Assembly: GCA_963825135.1 (NCBI GenBank)
Contig: CAWGRW010000009.1
Location: forward strand, 768,001-832,000
Direction of reading: 5' to 3'
Source of the DNA: an uncultured bacterium
GTDB taxonomy: Bacteria; Desulfobacterota_D; UBA1144; Nemesobacterales; UBA2774
Length of the DNA: 64,000 nt
Below are positions 10,965 through 20,908 of this stretch, piece by piece. Each line of letters opens with the position of its first letter. Position 1 is the first letter of the stretch. Made by a program: the position numbers and the translations under genes. A model generated the notes under the pieces. That model was not told the DNA's origin, made no database searches, and saw only the letters and a program-made list of their open reading frames with translations.

Positions 10965-11900
10965 ATGCTTGCAACGATTTTAAAAAAATATGTCTGGATA
11001 GTCAACTTATGCCTGCTAACGGTACTGGCCTATTTAGCCGCCGTGACTGTAAATCAGAAAATCGGGGGCATGATAAGCTCTCCCCGTGCTGCGGCGTCGC
11101 AAAGATTCCTTTCCGACGAGAAGAGCAACAAACCGGAAGCAAACCCCAAGCACCCCGTAAATTACTATAAAATAATACTCACCAGAAACGTTTTCGGAAT
11201 CTCGAACCTGTCAGACGCGACGCTTCCGGGAGGCAGTCAGGAGGCCCTGCCCGACACGACACTCAATATAGAGCTCCTTGGAACAATCATGAATCACGAT
11301 GCCGCTTCAGTGGCGATCATAAAAAATCCCGACAATAATAAGGTAAGCGGGTACCGCGGCGGGGAGTCAATAGACATTATTGATTCCGACAATGTAAAGC
11401 TCATCGAGGTAATGAGCTGCAGGGCGGTAATAGAACGACAAAAAACCGGCCGCGAAACCATAAAATGTAAAAACCTGAAAGAAATGGTTTCCGCCGGTCC
11501 CGAGACGCCGGCGTCAAGAAAAGCTCATGCATCCGGAACGGGTTCAGGCAGCGATGAGGACTCCTTGGGAACCGAAGGCATAAACAAAATTGGCGAGAAC
11601 GAATATGAGGTCAGCAGGGAGCTGCTCGAAGAGGTCCTCAGCGATCCCACCAACATCGTACAGCAGGCGCGCGTGATACCTCAAGAGGATGGTCTTAGAT
11701 TTTTTGGGATCAGGTCGAATAGTATATTCTGGAAGATAGGAATTAAGAACGGAGATACTCTCCACCGAGTCAACAATGTCGATTTAAACGATGTGGAGAA
11801 AGCCCTGAGCGTATTTGAAGAACTCCGGTCACAGAGCAATTTCACGATCGATTTTACCAGGGCTGGTAAACAGTACACATATGAGTACACTGTTAAATAG
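10965..11900 (+). CDS. gspC: Type II secretion protein C
   Basis: N-terminal TM, HR domain (LNIELLGTI..SVAII), C-terminal PDZ-like (GIKNGDTLHRVN); first gene of the gsp cluster. Confidence 0.85.
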   Translation: MLATILKKYVWIVNLCLLTVLAYLAAVTVNQKIGGMISSPRAAASQRFLSDEKSNKPEANPKHPVNYYKIILTRNVFGISNLSDATLPGGSQEALPDTTLNIELLGTIMNHDAASVAIIKNPDNNKVSGYRGGESIDIIDSDNVKLIEVMSCRAVIERQKTGRETIKCKNLKEMVSAGPETPASRKAHASGTGSGSDEDSLGTEGINKIGENEYEVSRELLEEVLSDPTNIVQQARVIPQEDGLRFFGIRSNSIFWKIGIKNGDTLHRVNNVDLNDVEKALSVFEELRSQSNFTIDFTRAGKQYTYEYTVK

Positions 11901-12012
11901 CTTGCAGTCCGGTTGCTTGGGTTTGTCGTGAAAGTCGTATTAAGTGCTGTATTAAACGCGATTATTCGAACAGAGAAAGTGAAGAGCGCATGCAGAATGT
12001 GAGGACTGAATA

Positions 12013-14778
12013 ATGAGAGGGTTGCTGGTCAGTGTTCTGATTCTGGGTTTCCTGCTGACACTATACGTGTACGTTAATACCGATCACGAAAAAACGATTA
12101 TCAAAGAGAACGCCGCGCAGACTACAGAGCTCGGGAACGAAGAAAGCATAAGCCCTCAGGGGAGAGATGACACGAGTTATCAGGTGCAAGAAGGCGACAC
12201 CCTTTCTCAGATCTCGGAAAAATTTCATGTATCGGTCAAAGAGCTAAAAGAATTCAACGGTCTTACCAAGGACGAGCTGTCCGTCGGAGAATTTATCGAC
12301 ATACCGGCCAAGAACGGGACCGAAAACCCTCAAATCGCCGGTGACGGCACGTATGCTCCATACGGAGATCCGGGCGATTCCCAAACCATGACCCAGGCTC
12401 TGAGCGACGGGACGCAGAACCCTTCATATTCGAATGACGGCGCGACGGATCAGAATACCGCCAACGATCAGCAAACATCCGACAGGCAGGCCGAGATAGA
12501 AAAAAGAAGGCAGGAGCTAATCCAGCAAAAGCAACAGCAACACCGGCAGCTGAATCAGGGACGCCATACGCAACAACCAACCGGCCCCGGAAGAATGCAG
12601 AAGTTTCAGCGGCAAGATACGGGTGCTGAAACAAAGGAAACCACACCGGCGGGGACCGAAGTCAAGGCTAAGGAGGAAAAACCCGAGGTCACGATAACCG
12701 ACGGCGAGGTAGTGAACCTGCAATCGGAAATGGATGTGCAGGACCTGATCCAGACTATCAGCGAAATTACGGGGCAGAACTTCATTCTCGACGAATCCGT
12801 AAAAGGAAAGAAAATCACCGTAATCGCACCGGGGGGATTCAAAAAAGAAAACGCAATGCGGCTCTTTGAAACCATCCTCAGCCTGAACGGGTTCTCGGTG
12901 GTGAAGAAGGACGGAACGAATATCATCGTCCCGAAAAGAGACGTAAAAATAACCAGCATACCTACAGAAGTAGGCACACAGCAGGGAGAGTCCTCCGATA
13001 GTTTTATCACGAGGCTGATTCAGCTGAAAAACATACAGGCGAGTGAGGTAGCGAATATACTGAAGCCTCTTATTTCCCGCGAAGGGGACATCGTGGTCTA
13101 CCCGGCCATGAATACCCTCATCATAATCGAAACCGTGGACAACCTGAACAGAATACTGAAAATCATCCAGAATCTGGATGTAGAGACCGAAATCGAATTC
13201 ATAAAGATACACAACGCAGATGCAGCGGAGGTAGCTACCAAGCTCGTTGAAATATTCGGAGGAACGTCTTCCACGTCATCGGGCCCCGCGGCACAGACGC
13301 AGCAGACGCAAAGGCAGTCTTCTTCCCGCACGAGGAATCTTCCGGGATCTCAGAATAAATCCGAGGCCCCGGCGATAACAGCCCAGTCCACAACGGAGAC
13401 ATCCGCAGTGGGCTTTAAAGTGATCACGGACGAAAGGACGAATTCCTTAATAGTAATCGCCTATCCGGACGACATGAAGAAAATCAAATCCGTTATAGAG
13501 ATACTCGACGTGGAAACAGCCGAGCCCGAAGAGGGTATTTATGTTATCCGCGTCTTGAACGCCGACGCCGAATCGATCGTGGGTGTGCTTGCGGGCCTGT
13601 TCGGGGGGAGCACCGGCGGAACCGGACTCGGAGCCGGCAGGTCGCAGAGAAACTCGAGCTCGACTTTCGGATCCGATCAGGGACTCGGCAACTCGTCATC
13701 CAGTACCGGCTCAAGCTCGGCCTTGTCCAGGCAGACGATTGAAAGGGGAGCGGCGAACGGCGCTGTGGCGGTAGCGGAGACCGACGAGCTCAGGGTCACT
13801 TCGGACCCCTCTACGAATTCAATAATTTTTATCGGGTCCAGAAGGGACTACGAGACCATAAAGGAAGTAATACAGGAGCTTGACGTAAGGAGAAAGCAGG
13901 TATTCGTGGAAGCGGCAATTCTCGAAGTAAGTCTGGACAAAATCAGATCTTTCGGGACCAATCTGAGTATAGGATTTACGGTGAACGGCGATACGCTCGG
14001 ATTCGGCGGCACGGTGCTTCCGGGTGTTCCCAGCCTGCTTGGGGTACAGGCGGATCCCGAAGCCTCCGTGAACGTTCTAGGCAGTCTCTCCGGCTTGTTC
14101 CTGGGCGTAGTGGGTCAGGAAGTGGATCCGGACGGCTCCGGACCGATACCGCCTATCCCTTCCTTCAGCGCACTTTTCCAGGCGCTGACATCTCTTACGG
14201 ATGTTAACGTTTTATCCACGCCCAGCATCATGACTACGGACAACGAGCCCGCCGAAATTATAGTGGCTGACGTCATTCCGTTCCCAACCGGGAGCACCGT
14301 CGGGGACAGCGGCGTCACCGTACAGACTATCCAGCGTGAACCCGTAGGCATAAGACTATCCATAACCCCTCAGATCAGCGAGGGCGACTTCCTGAATCTC
14401 AACATCCTGACGGAGGTCTCGGCAATAAGACAGGCCCCGGTACAGGGATTAAATACCGCCCAGTTCGGTATCGCCACCACGACCAGGACCGCCGACTCCT
14501 CCGTCGTCGTGAAGAACGGGCAGACGATCGTAATAGGCGGACTCGTGCAGGACAGGGAGAGCGTCGTCCAGAACAGGGTGCCGGTGCTCGGCAATATACC
14601 AGTGCTGGGCAACCTGTTTAAATACAAGCAGAGGCAGAGTCAGAAGATCAATCTTATGATACTCCTGACGCCGAGAATCGTCGAGAATGAAGAGGATATG
14701 CGGCGGATACTTGAAGAAAGGCAAAGACGCAATATGCTTTTACAGGAGAGGGGGTTTAACAAGGAGGACAGTAACTGA
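12013..14778 (+). CDS. gspD: Type II secretion secretin GspD with N-terminal LysM domain
   Basis: LysM (YQVQEGDTLSQISEKFHVSVKELKEFNGL), N0-N3 domains, QVFVEAAILEV, VPVLGNIPVLGNLF secretin motif. Confidence 0.93.
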   Translation: MRGLLVSVLILGFLLTLYVYVNTDHEKTIIKENAAQTTELGNEESISPQGRDDTSYQVQEGDTLSQISEKFHVSVKELKEFNGLTKDELSVGEFIDIPAKNGTENPQIAGDGTYAPYGDPGDSQTMTQALSDGTQNPSYSNDGATDQNTANDQQTSDRQAEIEKRRQELIQQKQQQHRQLNQGRHTQQPTGPGRMQKFQRQDTGAETKETTPAGTEVKAKEEKPEVTITDGEVVNLQSEMDVQDLIQTISEITGQNFILDESVKGKKITVIAPGGFKKENAMRLFETILSLNGFSVVKKDGTNIIVPKRDVKITSIPTEVGTQQGESSDSFITRLIQLKNIQASEVANILKPLISREGDIVVYPAMNTLIIIETVDNLNRILKIIQNLDVETEIEFIKIHNADAAEVATKLVEIFGGTSSTSSGPAAQTQQTQRQSSSRTRNLPGSQNKSEAPAITAQSTTETSAVGFKVITDERTNSLIVIAYPDDMKKIKSVIEILDVETAEPEEGIYVIRVLNADAESIVGVLAGLFGGSTGGTGLGAGRSQRNSSSTFGSDQGLGNSSSSTGSSSALSRQTIERGAANGAVAVAETDELRVTSDPSTNSIIFIGSRRDYETIKEVIQELDVRRKQVFVEAAILEVSLDKIRSFGTNLSIGFTVNGDTLGFGGTVLPGVPSLLGVQADPEASVNVLGSLSGLFLGVVGQEVDPDGSGPIPPIPSFSALFQALTSLTDVNVLSTPSIMTTDNEPAEIIVADVIPFPTGSTVGDSGVTVQTIQREPVGIRLSITPQISEGDFLNLNILTEVSAIRQAPVQGLNTAQFGIATTTRTADSSVVVKNGQTIVIGGLVQDRESVVQNRVPVLGNIPVLGNLFKYKQRQSQKINLMILLTPRIVENEEDMRRILEERQRRNMLLQERGFNKEDSN

Positions 14779-14793
14779 TTTTAAGTTATTCCT

Positions 14794-16473
14794 ATGAAAA
14801 GCATTCAGGAAATCATAAGCGAGCGAAATCCGGACGCGCTGGTCAGAATCGATGAATTGCTGTCAAAAAACGGGGAAAGCTTCGAGGAAATATTAATTAA
14901 ATCGAGAGTCCTCGACGAGAAAGAAGTTCTTGAGGTCCTTTCCGAATTCTATGAGTATCCGTATACACTGACAATTTCCGAAAGGGAAATAGATCCCGAG
15001 CTTGTAAAAACACTCCCGATCAGCTTCGCGAAAAAATTCAGACTCATTCCGTTTCAGAGGAAAAACGGGAAGGTTATGATAATCCTTGCGCCCCCCCTCG
15101 ACCTTTACGCCCTCGATGAGATTAGATCACTCTTCGGGTGCGAAATCGAACCCGTGCTGGCGTTGAACCATGTTGTCCTCGAAAGCATCAACCGCGTCTA
15201 TGAGCGCGGCAAGGAGATGACGGAGGGGATAGAAGACGATTCCACAGGCATAACGGAATACGACCTCCAGGAGCCCAAAGACCTCCTCGAGGCCGAAGAC
15301 GAAGCCCCTATTATAAGGTTCGTCAATTCACTCCTTTTTCAGGCCGTAAAGGAAAAAGCGAGCGATATACACCTCGAGTGCTTCGAGAAGGAGCTTTCCG
15401 TAAGGTTCAGAAAAGACGGAATACTGCACGAGATAACCTCGGTCCCCAAAAAGCTTCAGGCATCAATAATCTCAAGGGTTAAAATTATGGCGGAGCTCGA
15501 CATAGCGGAGAAGAGAAAACCCCAGGACGGGAGGATCCGCGTCAAGGTTGCGGGAAGGGACGTAGATGTCCGTATATCCACCGTTCCGACTACCTGGGGC
15601 GAGAGCGTGGTAATGAGAATCCTGGACAGGTCCTCAGTCCTCCTCACTCTGGAGGACCTCGGCCTCGCGGGAGAAAAGCTCCATATCTTCGAAGGCCTGA
15701 TTCTGCGGCCTCACGGCATCATACTGGTCACGGGACCCACCGGCAGCGGTAAAACTACCTCTCTTTACGCAGGTCTTGAGAGGATAAATTCTCCCGATAA
15801 AAAGATCATCACAGTTGAAGACCCCGTTGAATACCAGATTCAGGGGATCAATCAGATACAGGTAAATCCCAAGGTAAACCTCACATTCGCAAACGGGCTC
15901 AGATCGATACTCCGTCAGGACCCCGACGTGATCCTGGTCGGCGAGATCAGGGACAGAGAAACCGCGGATATCGCGATACACGCGTCCCTCACGGGGCATC
16001 TCGTTTTCTCCACCCTCCATACGAACGATTCCGCGAGCGCCATAACGAGACTTATAGATATGGAAATAGAACCATTCCTCGTCGCTTCTTCGCTAATGGC
16101 CGTAATAGCGCAGCGCCTCCTGCGGTTCCTCTGCAACTCCTGCAAAGAACCCTACGAGCCCTATGACGACGAGCTGCTAAAAATCGGCATTGACAGGAAA
16201 CAGCTTCGCGACGGCGTCCTTTACAGGGCCAAGGGGTGCGATAAATGTTTTAATATGGGTTATAGCGGGAGAACCGGGATTTTCGAAATGCTCCTTATCA
16301 ACGACGATATTAGGAACCTTACTCTCAGTCAGGTCGATTCGACAAAAATCAAGAGAAAGGCGATGGAGCACGGAATGACCTCACTCAGAATGGACGGGGC
16401 TGAGAAGGTGGCAAGGGGCTTGACCTCGGTTGACGAGGTCATGAGGGTTACCGAAGAGGAAAGCATAATCTAG
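14794..16473 (+). CDS. gspE: Type II secretion ATPase
   Basis: ASDIH, GPTGSGKTT, LRQDPDVILVGEIRD, TGHLVFSTLHTN, CxxC pairs. Confidence 0.96.
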   Translation: MKSIQEIISERNPDALVRIDELLSKNGESFEEILIKSRVLDEKEVLEVLSEFYEYPYTLTISEREIDPELVKTLPISFAKKFRLIPFQRKNGKVMIILAPPLDLYALDEIRSLFGCEIEPVLALNHVVLESINRVYERGKEMTEGIEDDSTGITEYDLQEPKDLLEAEDEAPIIRFVNSLLFQAVKEKASDIHLECFEKELSVRFRKDGILHEITSVPKKLQASIISRVKIMAELDIAEKRKPQDGRIRVKVAGRDVDVRISTVPTTWGESVVMRILDRSSVLLTLEDLGLAGEKLHIFEGLILRPHGIILVTGPTGSGKTTSLYAGLERINSPDKKIITVEDPVEYQIQGINQIQVNPKVNLTFANGLRSILRQDPDVILVGEIRDRETADIAIHASLTGHLVFSTLHTNDSASAITRLIDMEIEPFLVASSLMAVIAQRLLRFLCNSCKEPYEPYDDELLKIGIDRKQLRDGVLYRAKGCDKCFNMGYSGRTGIFEMLLINDDIRNLTLSQVDSTKIKRKAMEHGMTSLRMDGAEKVARGLTSVDEVMRVTEEESII

Positions 16474-16530
16474 CCCGTCTGAAAGGGTTTACCCCAAATT
16501 TAACAGCCGAGATGAAATTTAAATTAAAAA

Positions 16531-17736
16531 ATGCCCGTATACAAATATAAGGCCATAGACGAGACCGGACGAACCGTCCAGGGAATAGTAGACGCGGAAT
16601 CCCCGAAGGGCGCAACGGACAAGCTCAAGCGTCAGGGGGTATTCCTGTCGTCCCTGAACGAGGTCAAAGAAGGGAAATCGAGAGGCTTTTTTCTCTTCGG
16701 CGGCGTAAAAATCGCGGAGCTGGCGATCACGACGAGACAGTTTTCCACCCTCATTTCGGCGGGACTGCCCCTCGAGGCCTCATTAACGGCCCTTTCGGAG
16801 CAAACGGAGGACGCGAGGCTCGGTCAGATATTAACCCAGGTAAAGGACAGGGTCAGCGAGGGCAGCTCCCTGGCCAGCGCCCTGGGCGAGCACAGGAAGG
16901 TCTTCTCCGATCTCTACATAAATATCGTGAGGGCCGGGGAAGCAAGCGGCACGCTCGATATCGTCCTGCTCAGGCTCGCGGACTTCCTGGAAAAACAGGC
17001 CGCCCTTACTTCCAAGGTGAAGAGCGCTCTCATATACCCCATATTCATGTTTTGCATAGGCGGCGGGGTGCTCTTTTTTACGATGACTTATGTAATACCA
17101 AGAATCGCGAAGATTTTCGAGGACAGCCAGAAGGCCTTACCCGTCATGACGGTTATACTGATAAAGGTGAGCGGCTTTTTTAGTAATAACATTCTGCTGC
17201 TCCTGATCTTGCTACCGGTACTCTTTTTCGTGGCTTACAGGTTTAATAAAACGGACCGCGGCAGGATGTTTTTCGACCGCGTATCCCTGAAATTGCCCGT
17301 ATTCGGAAAAATAAATTCCATGGTTGTGATATCGAGGTTCACGCGCACCCTGGGGACGCTGCTCGCGAGCGGCATACCTCTTCTCGACGCTCTCAAGATA
17401 GGCGAAGCGGTATTGGACAACCGGGTTTACAGCAAAACGCTCGAAGAGGTCAGGTCAAATGTAAGGGAGGGGACAAGTCTTGCGAAACCCCTCAAGGACA
17501 GCGGGGTGTTCCCGCCGCTTGTTACCAGAATGATAGCCGTCGGGGAACAGACGGGGGAAATGGAAGAGATGCTCACGAAGGTGGCGGATATCTATGATCA
17601 ACAGGTCGAAACGATGGTCTCCACACTCACATCTCTGCTCGAGCCCGTCATGATATTAATAATAGGCGCGGTAATGGGGTTCATTGTATTCGCGGTTCTC
17701 CTGCCTATATTTAATTTAACGTCAACTATCGGATAA
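16531..17736 (+). CDS. gspF: Type II secretion inner membrane platform protein
   Basis: Two GspF domains (GEASGTL, GEQTGEM), ALIYP, LEP motifs. Confidence 0.95.
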   Translation: MPVYKYKAIDETGRTVQGIVDAESPKGATDKLKRQGVFLSSLNEVKEGKSRGFFLFGGVKIAELAITTRQFSTLISAGLPLEASLTALSEQTEDARLGQILTQVKDRVSEGSSLASALGEHRKVFSDLYINIVRAGEASGTLDIVLLRLADFLEKQAALTSKVKSALIYPIFMFCIGGGVLFFTMTYVIPRIAKIFEDSQKALPVMTVILIKVSGFFSNNILLLLILLPVLFFVAYRFNKTDRGRMFFDRVSLKLPVFGKINSMVVISRFTRTLGTLLASGIPLLDALKIGEAVLDNRVYSKTLEEVRSNVREGTSLAKPLKDSGVFPPLVTRMIAVGEQTGEMEEMLTKVADIYDQQVETMVSTLTSLLEPVMILIIGAVMGFIVFAVLLPIFNLTSTIG

Positions 17737-17751
17737 AAGGAGGTAGTAGAT

Positions 17752-18180
17752 ATGAGATCTCAAGGCGGTTTCACGCTTATCGAAATCATGGTCGTGCTTC
17801 TGATCATAGCCGGTCTCGCATATATTGTGGGCACGAACGTGATCGGAAGGTTCGGGCAAGCCAAGAAGGAAGAAACCAAAATCCAGATAAAGAACCTTGA
17901 GTCGGCACTTAAGCTCTTTAAGCTGGATAACGGATATTACCCGGAGACGCAACAGGGTCTTCAAGCCCTGATACAGCAGCCTACGAGCGGCAGAGAGCCG
18001 TGCTGCTACGCCAAGGAAGGATATCTGGAAGGCGGCCAGGTCCCGAAGGACGGCTGGAAAAACGATTTCGTATACATAGGCCCCGACCAGACGGGCGACG
18101 GCACGTATGAGATCATCTCCATCGGTGAGGACGCCGTACAGCAGACCGAGGACGATCTCACAAGCCGTACCATACAATGA
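17752..18180 (+). CDS. gspG: Major pseudopilin
   Basis: G|FTLIEIMVV prepilin site; YPETQQGLQAL, KDGWKNDFVY. Confidence 0.93.
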   Translation: MRSQGGFTLIEIMVVLLIIAGLAYIVGTNVIGRFGQAKKEETKIQIKNLESALKLFKLDNGYYPETQQGLQALIQQPTSGREPCCYAKEGYLEGGQVPKDGWKNDFVYIGPDQTGDGTYEIISIGEDAVQQTEDDLTSRTIQ

Positions 18181-18692
18181 AGAAGAGGAACGGCTTTTCA
18201 CTCATAGAACTCCTGGTTGTTATCATGATAATCAGCGCTTTTGTATTCATAGCATTGCCGAAAATCCAGAGCGGGACGGAGATGAATATAAAGAGCGCTT
18301 CCAGGAACCTGAGCGGAACTATAAGATATCTTTATAACGAAGCGGCGTTCAAGAAGAATATTTACAGGCTCGTTTTCGATATCGACAGGGGGGAATACTG
18401 GGTCGAGGTGCTTAACAACAACGAGTACGTAGTGTCAACCGATTACCTGCACAAGAAACGGGTGCTGCCGGCCGGAGTCCATTTCAAGGACGTTATTACC
18501 GAACGCACCCTGGGGAAAAGCTCGCTCGACGATTCAGGCGAATTTATCCTGTTTCTGCCCACGGGTTTTGTAGAACCGGCGGTTATTCATTTGGTTACCG
18601 ACAACGAAGTCAACTACACGCTTGAAACAAAACCTTATACCGGCGGAACCAAGGTATACGACGAATACGTAGAGCCGCAGAGGAATGAATAA
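18177..18692 (+). CDS. gspH: Minor pseudopilin H
   Basis: [10 protein letters not shown] prepilin site; position in operon. Confidence 0.8.
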   Translation: MKKRNGFSLIELLVVIMIISAFVFIALPKIQSGTEMNIKSASRNLSGTIRYLYNEAAFKKNIYRLVFDIDRGEYWVEVLNNNEYVVSTDYLHKKRVLPAGVHFKDVITERTLGKSSLDDSGEFILFLPTGFVEPAVIHLVTDNEVNYTLETKPYTGGTKVYDEYVEPQRNE

Positions 18693-19119
18693 ATTGATCC
18701 CGGCCCAAAACGAGTTCCGCGCGGAAGCGGTGCGGCTCAGATCCGGCGTGCGAACGCGGAAAACCGGGTTTACACTTCTGGAAGTGATCATTGCCGTCGC
18801 GATAATAGGTTCGTCCTTAGCCATATTACTCGGAGCGGTGAACAAAAACCTCATCCTCGCCTCTCAATCGAAGAACCTTACGATCGCTTCATTCCTCGCC
18901 CAGAGGAAGATGGGAGAGATAGAGATAGAGGGGTTTCCGGATTTAGGCGACCGGAATGGGGTTTTCGAGGAGAGTCCCGAGTTCAAATGGTATCTGTCGG
19001 TTCAACCGTATAATATCGAGCAGCTCGGCACCGAGATAAGGATAGTCATATTGACCGTCTCATGGGATGAAGGACACAGGGAGTTTAAAGTTGCAACTGC
19101 GATTTCGAACTACAAATGA
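18685..19119 (+). CDS. gspI: Minor pseudopilin I
   Basis: [13 protein letters not shown]; short; position in operon. Confidence 0.8.
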   Translation: MNKLIPAQNEFRAEAVRLRSGVRTRKTGFTLLEVIIAVAIIGSSLAILLGAVNKNLILASQSKNLTIASFLAQRKMGEIEIEGFPDLGDRNGVFEESPEFKWYLSVQPYNIEQLGTEIRIVILTVSWDEGHREFKVATAISNYK

Positions 19120-19750
19120 CGGCTTCACCCTTATAGAGGTGCTGCTCGCCGTGTTTATCGGGTCCATCGTGCTCACCGTGCTTTACGCCTCATTTTTCCA
19201 GATAAACAAAGCGAAGGCGAGGATCGAGGAAGAGCTCGAGCTGTATCACGAGGCCAGGGTAGTAATGTCGAAAATCACAGGGGACCTCGCGGACGCGTTT
19301 CCCCGCGGACTGGTTAACTCCGGGCAGACGAATGTTACAACCCCCTTTTTTTACGGGGTTAAAGAGGGAGACAAGAGTCGATTGATCTTCAATTCGTTAT
19401 CGCACGCCCCTACTCAGGATGCGAGAGAATCGGACCAAACCCAGATAAGCTATTTTCTAGAGCCTATAGAGGATTCCGACCTGTTTGCGCTCATGAGAAG
19501 GGATAACCCGACCATGGAATCCGAGACAGGAGGCACTCAATACGCTTTATCGGAACGAGTTTCGGGTTTCAACCTGACTTATCTTGCAAAAAACCCGGAG
19601 AGCGGCGAAACCGGAGAATACCTGACCGAATGGAATTCGAATGATACCTTGTCGCTGCCGGTCGCTGTCAGCGTAAATGTGGCATTGAGGAATCCAAGGG
19701 GCGAGGATGTTCAATTCAGCACCCTGGTGATGATACCGATCATGAATTAA
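19067..19750 (+). CDS. gspJ: Minor pseudopilin J (start uncertain)
   Basis: [11 protein letters not shown]-terminal WNS...LPVAV motif. Confidence 0.82.
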   Translation: MKDTGSLKLQLRFRTTNDGFTLIEVLLAVFIGSIVLTVLYASFFQINKAKARIEEELELYHEARVVMSKITGDLADAFPRGLVNSGQTNVTTPFFYGVKEGDKSRLIFNSLSHAPTQDARESDQTQISYFLEPIEDSDLFALMRRDNPTMESETGGTQYALSERVSGFNLTYLAKNPESGETGEYLTEWNSNDTLSLPVAVSVNVALRNPRGEDVQFSTLVMIPIMN

Positions 19751-19798
19751 TATGTGTAAGCTGTCAATCAAAATGAACGGGAACAAAGTCTTTAGACA

Positions 19799-20908
19799 AT
19801 GAAAAACGGAAATCAGCTTAACAATTCGTCAAGGGATAGAGATCACGAAAAAGGGATAGTCCTGGTTATCGTGATTATAATCATAGCGACACTGATGATA
19901 CTCGTCACGGACCTTATTTATTTCACTCAGATTGATACCGAGATATCCTCGAATACTCGGGATGAAATCAAAGCCCGTTACATAGCCAAATCCGGAGTGC
20001 AAGTGGCGGCGGGAGCGCTTAAAGAAGGACCGCTCGAAGAGCTTACGCAGATCACCGCGGCATACGGCGGGCAAACAGGGAATTCAGACGGCTTCTGGTC
20101 ACTCAACGTACCCTTTTTCCCAGTCGGTGAAGGGAATGTGTCCGTCATCGTCACGGACGAGCGGTCCAAGATCAACCTGAATTCGCTGGTGGGCCGTTCC
20201 ACGAATAAAGTAGATCAGCAGGTCCTGACGGAGCTGAACGAGCTTTTCAGGTACCTCGAAGTCGACGACAACAAATCAGCGAGGTTCATTGCGAGCCTGA
20301 TTAACTGGCTTGACGCTCCGCTCGAAGGCGCTGACAACGATCAGGACTCTAATGGAGCGAACGGGGCTTTTTATTCGAGCCTCGAGAATCCTTACAAAAT
20401 TAAAGACGGTCCTCTGGATACGCTCGAGGAAATCAGGATGATCGACGGCATGGACGCCGAATTTTACAACCAGATAAAGGACTACGTAACGGTCTATCCG
20501 CACGACAAGAAAATAAACTTCAGCACCGCCTCCAAGAAGGTGCTTATGGCAGCCGTTAAAGGCTCGTCGGTTCCCGCAATCGCAGGGCAGGGAAATCCTC
20601 CTGAGGAGGTGGACGACGATGTAGCGGAACAGATCGCCGACCAAATAATAGCGGCCAGGAAGGACACGCCGGTCATAAACCAGCAAAAGGCCAGGGAGAT
20701 CGCGAAGAACGTGGACTCGACTTCGGCGATCAGCGCCGGTCTCGTCGGTGTCACCCTCGGCAGCGGGGAAAGTGAAATCTTCTCGGTCAAATCGGTGGGC
20801 AGCCTGGGAGAGGAGAGTCCCACGAAAAGGATCATCGAAGCCGTCCTTAAGAAAACCAAGCAAGATAATGAAATGATAGTGGACATTGTGACATGGAAAG
20901 AACTCTAG
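19799..20908 (+). CDS. gspK: Minor pseudopilin K
   Basis: G|IVLVIV, DERSKINLN, LEEIRMIDGM, INFSTA motifs. Confidence 0.88.
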   Translation: MKNGNQLNNSSRDRDHEKGIVLVIVIIIIATLMILVTDLIYFTQIDTEISSNTRDEIKARYIAKSGVQVAAGALKEGPLEELTQITAAYGGQTGNSDGFWSLNVPFFPVGEGNVSVIVTDERSKINLNSLVGRSTNKVDQQVLTELNELFRYLEVDDNKSARFIASLINWLDAPLEGADNDQDSNGANGAFYSSLENPYKIKDGPLDTLEEIRMIDGMDAEFYNQIKDYVTVYPHDKKINFSTASKKVLMAAVKGSSVPAIAGQGNPPEEVDDDVAEQIADQIIAARKDTPVINQQKAREIAKNVDSTSAISAGLVGVTLGSGESEIFSVKSVGSLGEESPTKRIIEAVLKKTKQDNEMIVDIVTWKEL

